64,000 nt of DNA, from the NCBI GenBank assembly GCA_028826165.1, contig JAPDFW010000044.1, positions 186,001 through 250,000 on the forward strand, in the 5' to 3' direction. Source of the DNA: Anaeramoeba ignava BMAN. Taxonomy: Eukaryota; Protista; Anaeramoebae. Positions 21,901 through 33,386 of the stretch are shown here, one piece after another. Position numbers and translations under genes: made by a program. The notes under the pieces are model-generated. The model saw only the letters and a list, made by a program, of their open reading frames with translations, was not told the origin of the DNA and made no database searches. How positions within the stretch are numbered: the first letter of the stretch is position 1; each line of letters begins with the position of its first letter.

Positions 21901-24576
21901 ATGGAAACAGAAAAAACTGATTATATTTTTAAAATTGTTTTAATTGGAACAATGGGATCTGGAAAAAAACAATTAATGAATAGATTTTGTGATAATGTTT
22001 TTGCTCATCATGAATCATATATGATGGTTGATTTTAAAATAAAAAAAATTGAAATTCATGAAAAAAATATAAAATTACAAATTTGGAATACTCACAATAG
22101 TTTGTTAAAATGAATTAAATTTTTAAATTAAAAACAATTTATTTTTCTTTTTTATTCTTTTTTATTCTTTAAGTAGATTATAGGTTTAATAATTCTCTTC
22201 CAATATGTATTAAAATCAAAACCAAAATGAAAATCAATTAGAAAATTAATTAGAAAATTAAAAATCAAAATCAAAAATCAAAATCAAAATTAAAATTAAA
22301 ATCAAAATCAAAATTTAATCCAAAATTAAAATTAAAATCAAAATCAAAATCAAAATCAAAAATCAAAAATCAAAATCAAAATCAAAAATCAAAATCAAAA
22401 TCAAAATCAAAATCAAAATCAAAATCAAAATCCAAAATCAAAATCAAAAATCAAAATCAAAATTAAAATTAAAATTAAAATTAAAATTAAAATTAAAAAT
22501 CAAAATCAAAATCAAAATCAAAATCAAAATCAAAATCAAAATCAAAAATCAAAATCAAAATCAAAATCAAAATCAAAATCAAAATCAAAATCAAAATCAA
22601 AATTAAAATCAAAATCAAAATCAAAATTAAAATCAAAAATTAAAATTAAAAATCAAAATCAAATTCAAAATCAAAATCAAAATCAAAATTAAAATCAAAA
22701 TCAAAATCAAAATCAAAATCAAAATCAAAATCAAAATCAAAAATCAAAATCAAAAATCAAAATCAAAATCAAAATCAAAATTAAAAATCAAATTCAAAAT
22801 CAAAAATAAAAATTAAAATTAAAATTAAAAAAATCAAAATCAAATTCAAAATTTAAAAATCAAAATCAAAATAAAAATTAAAATTAAAATCAAAATTAAA
22901 ATCAAAATCAAAAAAATCAAAATTAAAAATCAAAATTAAAATTAAAATGAAAATTAAAATCAAAATCAAAATTAAAAATTAAAATCAAAATCAAAATCAA
23001 AATCAAAATTAAAATTAAAATTAAAATCAAAATTAAAATTAAAAAATCAAAATTCAAAAAAAAATCAAAATCAAAATCAAAAATTAAAATCAAAATTAAA
23101 ATCAAAATCAAAATCAAAATCAAATTCAAATTCAAATTCAAAATTAAAATCAAAATTAAATTCAAAAATTAAAATCAAAATTAAAATCAAAATTAAAATC
23201 AAAATCAAAATCAAAATCAAAATTAAAAAATCAAAAATCAAAATCAAAAAAAATAAAATTAAAATTAAAATTAAAATTCAAAAATCAAAATCAAATTCAA
23301 AATCAAAATCAAAAATCAAAAAATTAAAAATCAAAATTAAATCTAAAATTAAATTCAAAATCAAATTCAAAATCAAAATCAAAATCAAAATCAAAATCAA
23401 ATTCAAAATCAAAATCAAAATCAAAATCAAAATTAAATTCAAAATCAAAATTAAAATTAAAATCAAAATCAAAATCAAAATTAAAATCAAAATCAAAATC
23501 AAAATAAAAATAAAAATCAAAATAAAAATTTATAAAAAAATTCAGCTTATTTTAGAGGAAGTCATGGAATAATGTTTCTATATGATATTACAAACAAAGA
23601 ATCATTTGAAAAACTCCCAAATTTGCTAGAAGAAGCAAAAGAAAAATCAACTGAAAATATACAAAAAATGATAATCGGTACAAAAGTTGATTTAGAAGAA
23701 AAAAGAGTAATTACTACATCACAAGGACAAACTTTAGCAGATGAATTTGGAGCAAGTTTTTATGAAGTTTCAGCAAAAGAAAACATTAATATTGAAGAAT
23801 GCTTTATGGATATGGTATTTAGCATAATGGAACACTTAGAATTCTTTGAAAATCCAAATCAACCCAAAAATGAATTTTCTGTTCATTCTCTTTCAGAAGA
23901 TATGATTAAATTCTATGAAAATAAACAACTTTGTGATTATGAAATTAATTGCATTTCAAAAGAATCAAAAAAAGAAAAAATTCCTGTTCATAAATTAATC
24001 ATCTTAAAAAGATTACAAATTGATGAAAATCAACTTGAAAAGGAAATTCAACCAATTTTTGAAAAAAGTTCTAAAGAAGATGTTGAATTATTATTGAAAT
24101 GGATTTATTGCGGAACTTTCCCTTCTTCAAAATACTCCATTTTTAAAAAGTGGAAAGAAAAACTTTCCAAAATTTGTCCAATATCTTTTCGAATTGGATT
24201 CCAAGATTTTGATAAAGATTTTAAAGGATTATTGAATGAAAATCAATCAAAAGATTTTACAATAATTTGTGAAAATGAGAAAGAAATCAAAGTTCATAAG
24301 TTAATATTAATCATCAGAAGCGAATTATTTCGCAATATGTTTTTATCAGTTATTCAAGATGATTCTAATCAAGTTCATGATTACAGTGGAAAGGATATTG
24401 AAGTAATCAAAGAAATGATTAATTTTTGTTATTTAGATGAAATCCCAAAAAAATTTAACAAAAAGATGTTTCAAGATTTGATTGATTGTGCTGATTTCTT
24501 TCAATTACATCCAAAATTAGTTGTCACATTGCAAAAACAAATTGAAAAAAATGAAGGAAGTTGTGTTATTTTCTGA
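21901..24576 (+). CDS. Rab-like GTPase domain fused to tandem BTB/POZ domains with C-terminal CaaX (CVIF). Exons 21901-22099, 22174(or 22177)-22206, 23546-24576
   Basis: DYIFKIVLIG..VDFKIKKIEI..IKLQIW. Splicing gives ..SLPISYFRGSHGIMFLYDITN, then GTKVD and EVSAK. BTB motifs CDYEI..VHKLII and DFTI..VHKLILIIRSELFRNMF follow. Confidence 0.85.
22207..23545 (+). repeat. 1.3-kb GT-AG intron made almost entirely of (AAAATC/AAAATT)n
   Basis: Donor GTATTA at 22207, acceptor TTCAG at 23545; removing it restores the Rab YFRG motif. Confidence 0.9.
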
Positions 24577-24921
24577 AATTTATTTTTTTAAAATCCAAAA
24601 AAACGAAAATGGAATAAAAATTGAAAATCAAAATGAAAATTATTAATAATGAAAATTAAAATGAAAATTAAAATTAAAATAATTTCAAATATTTGAATAT
24701 TGGATTTATTCAAATCAAATTAAAGATGAAATTAAAATTAAAATTAAAATTAAAATCAAAATTAAAATCAAAATTAAAATTAAAATTAAAATTAAAATTA
24801 AAATTAAAATTAATAATTAAAATTAAAATTAAAATTAAAATTAAAATCAAAATTAAAATTAAAATCAAAATTAAAATTAAAAATCCAAAAATAATTTTTT
24901 TCATTTTTTTTCTTTTCAAAA

Positions 24922-26743
24922 ATGAATGATTGTTTATTTTTTGGAAGAAATAAAAACTCAAAATTAATAAAAAATGAACTAAAAATAATAACAAAACCAA
25001 TTCAATTTAAATTTAAAATTAAAAATGAAAATGAAAATGAAAATGAAAAACAAATTAAACAAATTTCATCAACAATTTTTTCAACAATTTTCCTTTTTAA
25101 AAATGGAAAAGCAATAGAATATTTGAATAAAAAACCTGAAAAAATCCAAATTAAAAATATTCAAAAAGTAACTGTTGGTGCTGAAAATGAAGCTATTTTA
25201 ACAATAGAAGGAAATGTATTTGCCAAAGGAAATAATATTAATCCAAAAAATTCAAAAGAATTTATCAATATTTCATCATTAATTGAAGATAAAAATGATA
25301 GAATAATTGAAGATATTGTTGCTGGAAATACTTCAATTTACTTATTAACTTCAAATCAAAATGTTTATGGAATTGGTTCAAATTATTCTGGTCAACTTGG
25401 TTTTGATTCTAAAACACTTCCAAAAACAGAAAAACCAATTTTAATGATGAAAAATGTTTCTAAAATATTTTCAGGAAATACTTCAAGTTTTTTTTTTCTT
25501 TTAAATTCAAATCAAGAATTATTTGGATGTGGTGATAATTTTTGGAGTCAACTTGGATTAGGAGAATCAAGAAAAGAATCAAAAATCCAAAAACTAACTA
25601 AAATCCAAAATATTCCAAAAGGCAAAATAATTGATATTCAATCTGGATATGAACATTCAATAATGTTGATTGAAATTGAAAATGATGATGAAAATAAAAA
25701 TCCAAAAAGAAAATTTTATTCATCTGGATTTGCTCTATATAATGGACTTGGCAGAAATGAAAATATTTATGAATTTACTGAAATCAAATCATCTTTATTT
25801 GAAGAAAATGATGATATTCTTGATTTTTCTGTTGGAATTGCTCATACTTTGATTTTAACTTCCAATAAAAAGATGATAGGATTTGGAAATAATTTCAATG
25901 GCCAATTAGGAAATGGATATACAGAAGATGAACCAACTCCAATTCAAATTGAACTTCCTAAATTAAGATTTAATGAAAATATTTCTAATTATCATATTTA
26001 TTGTGGAGAAAATAAATCATTTATTTATTATTCTCCTCCTTCTTCTTTTTCCAATCTTGAAGAAGATTTGATAAAATTATTTGAAAAGAAAAGAATTTTG
26101 TGATATTTCATTTAAAACCAAAAATGGAGAAATAATTGAAGCTCATAAATTAATATTGAAATATAGATTAAATCAAAATGAAAATCAAAATCAAATTGAA
26201 AAACTTCAAGAAATTATTTCAAATAAATCAATTAAAGAATCAAATCAAATATTTGAAATGATTTATTCAAACAGAATAATAAATCCAAAATTATATTCTG
26301 AAATTAAAGAAATTATAAATTCAAATGAAAAAATTGAAGAAACAATGAAAAGAATTTATTTAAATGAAAATGAAAATGAAAATGAAAAAGATTTTATAAT
26401 TGAAAGAAAAGAAAAACAATATAAATTTCCTAAATTAATATTAATAATGAGAAGTGAATTATATCGAGGAATGTTTTTATCTGTAACTGAAGATAAATCT
26501 AATAAAGTTACAGATTATAGTGAATTAAGTAATAAATCATTCCAAATGTTAGAATATTGGATTTATTCAAATCAAATTAAAGATGAAATTGAAATTACAC
26601 AAGAAATTATTAATGAAATTAAAAGAGGAATTGATTATTTTCAATTAAATCAAACAAATCCAAATTTATTTGATTTATTAATTAGGAAATTTAATTATCA
26701 AAATCAAAATCAAAAAAAGAAAGAAAAATGTTTAATTTTTTAA
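24922..26743 (+). CDS. RCC1-repeat plus tandem BTB protein with C-terminal CaaX (CLIF); one apparent frameshift near 26080
   Basis: RCC1 repeats GSNYSGQLG, GDNFWSQLG, GYEHS, GIAHT and GNNFNGQLG. BTB motifs FCDISF..AHKLIL and KLILIMRSELYRGMF. Ends KKKEKCLIF*. Confidence 0.85.
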
Positions 26744-27119
26744 ATAAGAAATTACTCAATAATTTAAAATTAAAATTAAAATTAAAATTAAAATTAAAAT
26801 CAAAATTAAAATTCAATTCAAAATTAAAATTAAAATTTAAATCAAAATTAAATTTAAATTTAAAATTAAAATTTAAATTAAAATTAAAATCAAAATTAAA
26901 ATTAAAATTTAAATCAAAATCAAAAATTAAAATTAAAATTAAAATTTAAATTAAAATTAAAATTAAAATTAAAATCAAAATTAAAATCAAAATTAAAATT
27001 AAAATCAAAATCAAAATCAAAATCAAAATCAAAATCAAAATTAAAATTAAAATTAAAATCAAAATTAAAATAAATTAAAATTAAAATTAAAAATTTTGTT
27101 ATTTATTTTTGAAGATAAT

Positions 27120-30100
27120 TTAAAAGAAATTTGTTAGTTTTGAAGATAATTGAGGTTCTAAAGAATTCATTAATTGAGAAAACTGATCTTCGGATAAATT
27201 TTCTTTCAATTCTTTTAAAAACATTACAAAATTTGATAAAACACTTTCTTCAATAATTTGAGAAGGAAAAGAAAAAGAATTTGCAATTATTGATAATATT
27301 ATTGGAAGTTGAGATAAATCCTGACCGAAAACTTGTTCATTCTTTGTTTCAATAAATTCCCAGAAAAGTTGGTAAATTTGATTTGTAGATGTATTGTTGA
27401 CCAATAAAGGAATTTGGATAAGCCAATTATGAAAGGAATCTTGGAAATCAATTGTTTGATGAGAATTTTTGCAAACATTCCCAAAAACAAAAATTGCAAA
27501 ATCATGTAAATCTTGAACTTCTTCAATTAATTTTTGAGGAAAATGTTGAAAATCTGAAGAAATAAAGAGATGAAGTCTAATTAATGAATCTTGTGCAAAA
27601 GGAAGAAATAATTGAGTATATTTTGTAGAAAATAAATTGATGAAATCAACAAATTTTTTGGAAACAAAATAGTTTGAAATATTTGAGTTTGAAATAATAT
27701 AAGGAGTCCATTCTGAAATGATAGGTTGTATTAATTGTGGCTCATCTGAATTAAGAAGAATCAAAATGAAATCAATCAAAAACTCTTGGATAACTGGTGA
27801 ATTGAGTTGGTTTGGAATCAAATAATTTTTGAAAAGATCAAAAAGTCCATTTCCATTGATTTGAATGAAATGGTTGTGATGAAAGATATTTATTAAAGAA
27901 AGTATTTTTGAGATGTTGAATTGAATCCATCTTTCCGTTTTGGTTGATTGTTTGATAATTTTTTCCATTTCCAAATCGGGAGAATCATTATTATTGAAAA
28001 TTCTGGAAATTCTCTCGAAACCTTCTTTTATAATATTGAATAAAATCTGGATAAAAGGTTCCAAAAAGTCTGAACCAAAAGTGTTTTGCGATAATTTGAG
28101 CAATTTTTTAAAGCTCCAAGTGAACATTTGGATGACTCTTGGTTCAATTTCCTGGTTAATTGCAATAGATAAATATTGGAATATTTGAAGTAATAATGAA
28201 TGAATATTTTTGAACAATTCATCTTGATTCACATTCTGTTTGTTTTGCAGATTTAGATAAATTTTCAACAATTTGATTGTGATTTCAGCGCAAATTATTC
28301 TGATATTTTCATCGTAAATAAAGGTGTAATTTGAAATGATAATGTTTTGAGTTTCTTGGATGAATTCAAAAGGGATTTCTGAGAAAATATCAACAACTTG
28401 ATCAATAATTTTCAATGATTGATATTTTTCTTTGATGGAAGAATTTCGAATTGCAATTTTTTGATCTCCAAGAATAATGAAGTCGTGATCTTTTGGATCG
28501 AGATGTGATTCGTTGAAAGGAGTAACAAGAAACATATCTGGCTGCTTAGCTGCTTGTTGGAAAACAATAGGGAATATTTTTTGTAAAAAGGGATAAAAAT
28601 CTGTATTTAAAATATTAAGTATTTTTTTCCATGAACGAAGTATATAAAGAGTGCATTGACTGTTTTCCTCAAAAGAAAAATCATTTGAATCAAATGATTC
28701 CATGATTTCTATTGCATCCTTTGCGAAAACTGGTTTCCCAACTGCATTTCCAATTAAACCCATACAAAGAAATGTTTTTGCTTTGAGAGTTTGAAATTCA
28801 ATTTTGTTTGCAAGTAAGTAAATTCTTTTGAGAAAATCCATTAAAGAATGATAATACTAAAAAAATGAAGAAATTGGAAAAAAACAATTCAAAATTAGAT
28901 CATATATTTTTTTCCCGTTATTTTTTGAAAACAAAAAAATAAAGAGTACTTGTTCAAATTGATTCTTTGAAGCTTGAGCAATAAATGAAATTGCTGTTAT
29001 GATTTTTTCTTGAACTTCAATTATATCGCAAGAAATCAATTGCATTAAATTTTCCAAAATTTCTTGAGCAAAAGGAGTTAGAATTGTGTTTGAAGAGCTA
29101 TAATAACAAAAATCAATGAGAGCATCAAGAGCTGCAATTTGAATTTTTGGATAATTCATTTGGTTGATACCAAGTGATATAATTGGGATCAAAATTTGGT
29201 TTGTTTTTTTTTGAGCTTGAGGCGATAAATGGATGCAAATTTGGGAAATTGATAAATATAATTGGTAAAGGATTCTTGGGTTTGAATTTTGAGAAAATGG
29301 TTGTATTTCTTGGACAATTTCTTGCACTTGATCAACAAGAATGTTTGGGATTCCTTCAGAAATTGCACTAATTATTCCAAGACCTACAATTATATTTTTC
29401 CAGTTTTGTGATGAAAAAAGTTCTTGGAGTATTGAAGATATTATTGAAAGAATTGGTTCTTGGAAAGTTTTTGAAATGATTTGGAGGTTTGTTTGAGCTG
29501 TTTTAAATGAGGATGGGAGCAACTATTTATATGAATAAAAACATATTAATAAAAATTATTCAATAAATATTATTCAATAAAAATTATATCAATAAATATT
29601 ATTTAATAAAAATTATATAATAAAAAATATACAATAAAATTTATTCAATAAAAATATATCAATAAAAATTATATCAATAAATATTATATTCAATAAAAAT
29701 TATTCAATAAAAATATATTCAATAAAAATATATTTATAAATATATCAATAAAAATTACTCAATAAAAATTATTCAATAAAAATTATTCAATAAAATTTAC
29801 TTCTTCATTTTCCCAATCTTCATTCTCTTCAATTTCAAGCATCATTTCAATCGGGAGTAAAATTAAATTTCTTAAAATATCTTCATTAAAATTTTCTAGG
29901 AGATTTTGATCAGCTTTTTCAATAAAAGTAACTAAAAACTCTAAAGACAAAGTTCTAATTTGTATTTTTTTTTCCAAAAAAAAAATGAGTGAATTTTGTC
30001 AAAAGAAAAATAACTTATAAAAATTGATTTGATTTTTTTTAAAGAAATTAAAAGGATATCAATATCTAATTTTTTTTCTTGAATAAAAGAAGCAAAAATA

Positions 30101-33100
30101 TTTAAAATATCAATATCATTTGAGAAGAAGAAATCGGGAAAATTTTGGCAAATTTCAACAAGATATTTTAAACAATTCAAAGCTTCTTCTTCTTGAAATT
30201 CTTTAATTGCTTGTTGTAAAACTTGAATTAAAGAAGGAAGCAATTTTTAAAGAATCTCTTTCATTTTTTTTTGCGATTTGAACTTGAGAGCAAATTAAAT
30301 TGAAGGATAAAAGTCTAATTTGGAAAGGATTATTTTCATGAATAAAATTGGATTGAATTTGGAAAAGTTCATTTGTTATATTTTCAAAGATTGAAGGAGA
30401 ATAAAAAACTATTTGTTCGAGTAAATAGAGCATTAGGTCTTTAATATTTGAATCTTGGAGTTGATCTAAGATGAATTTAAACATTTGTTGCCAAGTTGCT
30501 ATTTTTTTTTGAATAATTTTTTTATTGAATATTTTTTTTGAATATTTTTATTGAATATTTTTATTGAATATTTTTATTGAATAATATTTTTATTGAATAA
30601 TATTTATTGAATAAATTTTATTGATATATTTATTGAATAATATTTATTGAATAAATTTTATTGAATAAATTTATTGAATAATATTTATTGAATAATATTT
30701 ATTGAATAAAATATTTATTGAATAAAATATTTATTGAATAAAATATTTATTGAATAAAATTTTTATTGAATATTTTTATTGAATAAAATATTTATTGAAT
30801 AAAATATTTATTGAATAATATTTTTATTGAATAAAATATTTATTGAATAAAATATTTATTGAATAATATTTTTATTGAATAAAATATTTATTGAATAAAA
30901 TATTTATTGAATAAAATATTTATTGATATAAAATATTTATTGAATAATTTTTATTGAATAATATTTTTATTGAATATTTTTATTGAATAAAATATTTATT
31001 GAATATTATTTATTGAATATTTATTGAATAAAATATTTTACTTTCATCAAAATCTTGAACCAAAATTACAATTAAATCACAAACTTTTCTTTTTACAATT
31101 ATTTTTTCATCTAAATTTAAAAATTGTATTAATTTTTCAATTATTGAATTTTGTTGATCTTGAGAAAATTTATTCCAATTTTTTTCAGATTCATTTTCTT
31201 GAAAAATATCTTTATAAAAAATTTGACGAAGAAGAACCATTGATAATAATTTTACCTAAAACATCAATCAATTAATTTTATAATTTATTTTATAATTTAT
31301 TTTATAATTAATTTTATAATTTATTTTATAATTAATTTTATAATTTATTTTATAATTTATTTTATAATTTATTTTATAATTTATTTTATAATTTATTTTA
31401 TAATTTATTTTATAATTTATTTTATAATTTATTTTATAATTAATTTTATAATTTATTTTATAATTTATTTTATAATTTATTTTATAATTTATTTTATAAT
31501 TAATTTTATAATTTATTTTATAATTTATTTTATAATTTATTTTATAATTTATTTTATAAATAATTTTATAATTAATTTTATAATTAATTTTATAAATAAT
31601 TTTATAAATAATTTTATAAATAATTTTATAAATAATTTTATAATTTATTTTATAAATAATTTTATAATTAATTTTATAATTTATTTTATAATTTATTTTA
31701 TAATTAATTTTATAATTAATTTTTATAATTTATTTTATAATTAATTTTATAATTTATTTTATAATTTATTTTTATAATTTATTTTATAATTTATTTTATA
31801 ATTTATTTTATAATTTATTTTATAATTAATTTTATAATTTATTTTATAATTTATTTTATAATTTATTTTATAATTTTATTTTATAATTAATTTTTTATAA
31901 ATAATTTTATAAATAATTTTATAAATAATTTTATAAATAATTTTATAATTAATTTTATAATTTATTTTATAATTTATTTTATAATTTATTTTATAATTTA
32001 TTTTATAATTTATTTTATAATTAATTTTTATAATTTATTTTATAATTTATTTTATATTTATTTTATAATTTATTTTATAATTTATTTTATAATTTATTTT
32101 TATAATTTATTTTATAATTTATTTTATAATTTATTTTATAATTTATTTTATAATTAATTTTATAATTAATTTTATAATTTATTTTATAATTTATTTTATA
32201 ATTTATTTTATAATTTATTTTATAATTTATTTTATAATTTATTTTATAATTTATTTTTATAATTTATTTTATAATTTATTTTATAATTTATTTTATAATT
32301 TATTTTATATTTAATTTTATAATTTATTTTATAATTAATTTTTATAATTTATTTTATAATTAATTTATAATTTATTTTATAATTTATTTTATAATTTATT
32401 TTTATAATTTATTTTATAATTTATTTTATAATTTATTTTATAATTTATTTTTATAATTTATTTTATAATTTATTTTATAATTAATTTTTATAATTTATTT
32501 TATAATTAATTTTATAAATAATTTTATAATTTATTTTATAATTTTATTTTATAATTAATTTTATAATTAATTTATAATTTATTTTATAATTAATTTTTAT
32601 AATTTATTTTATAATTTATTTTTATAATTTATTTTATAATTTATTTTATAATTTTATTTTATAATTTTATAATTTATTTTATAATTTATTTTATAATTTA
32701 TTTTATAATTTATTTTATAATTTATTTTATAATTTATTTTATAATTTATTTTATAATTTATTTTATAATTTATTTTATAATTTATTTTATAATTTATTTT
32801 ATAATTTATTTTATAATTAATTTTATAATTTATTTTATAATTTATTTTATAATTATTTTTATAATTTATTTTATAATTATTTTTATAATTAATTTTATAA
32901 TTTATTTTATAATTAATTTTTATAATTAATTTTAGTTCTGTTGCTGTGATTTTACTGGTAAATGTTTTGTAATTTCAAAAGTGGAAATTAATTTTAATAT
33001 CATTTCTTGAGTTGAAAAATCACATAAATCCCAATATTTTTGTTCAGAATTTTTTCTTTCTTCATTATTTGGAGAAAGAATTTTTAATAAAATATTTTCT

Positions 33101-33120
33101 AAATTATTAAAATTTTGCAT
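27120..33120 (-). CDS. Importin-5 / Kap121-like karyopherin-beta (HEAT repeats), divergent. Exons 33120-32956, 31255-31042, 30498-30060, 29961-29801, 29522-28950, 28856-27120
   Basis: N-terminal LLSPNNEERKNSE, VLLRQ, IRTLSLEFLVT, W..LGIISAISEG and LKAKTFLCMGLIGNAVGK..F..DA are typical of importin-4/5. One apparent frameshift near 30243. Confidence 0.75.
29962..30059 (-). other. U12-type (minor spliceosome) AT-AC intron, 98 nt
   Basis: Minus strand reads ATT G|ATATCCTTTTAA...TTTCTTTTGAC...AAATAC|AA ATT AGA ACT. Removal joins two ORFs in frame to give LDIEIRTLSLEFLVT. Confidence 0.8.
30499..31041 (-). repeat. Intron built from a ~16-bp tandem repeat (tattgaataaaatatt)
   Basis: Direct reading; GT at 31041, AG at 30499. 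Confidence 0.85.
31256..32955 (-). repeat. 1.7-kb intron built from a 12-bp tandem repeat (tataatttattt)
   Basis: Period 12 visible; GT at 32955, AG at 31256. Confidence 0.9.
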
Positions 33121-33386
33121 TTTATATTTTTATAAATAATTTTTAAATTAAAAATTTAACGAAATAAAAGAAAAAGAAAAAGAAAAAGAAAAATGAAAAA
33201 TTTTTTAATTATTTTTTCTTTTTTTTTAATAATAATTAGTAAGATTATTAAAAAAATTAATCAATTTTATTTTTTTTTTTACAACTATTTAAGAAAAAAA
33301 AATTTTTTTTTGATTTTTTTTTTTCATTTTTTTATCATTTTTTAATTATTTTTTAATTAAAATTAAAATTAAAAAAAAAGAGGATA

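Noticed and set aside
22207-23545. Telomeric repeat or interstitial telomere
   Set aside because: The repeat is AAAATC/AAAATT, has no G-rich strand, and lies inside introns bounded by GT-AG.
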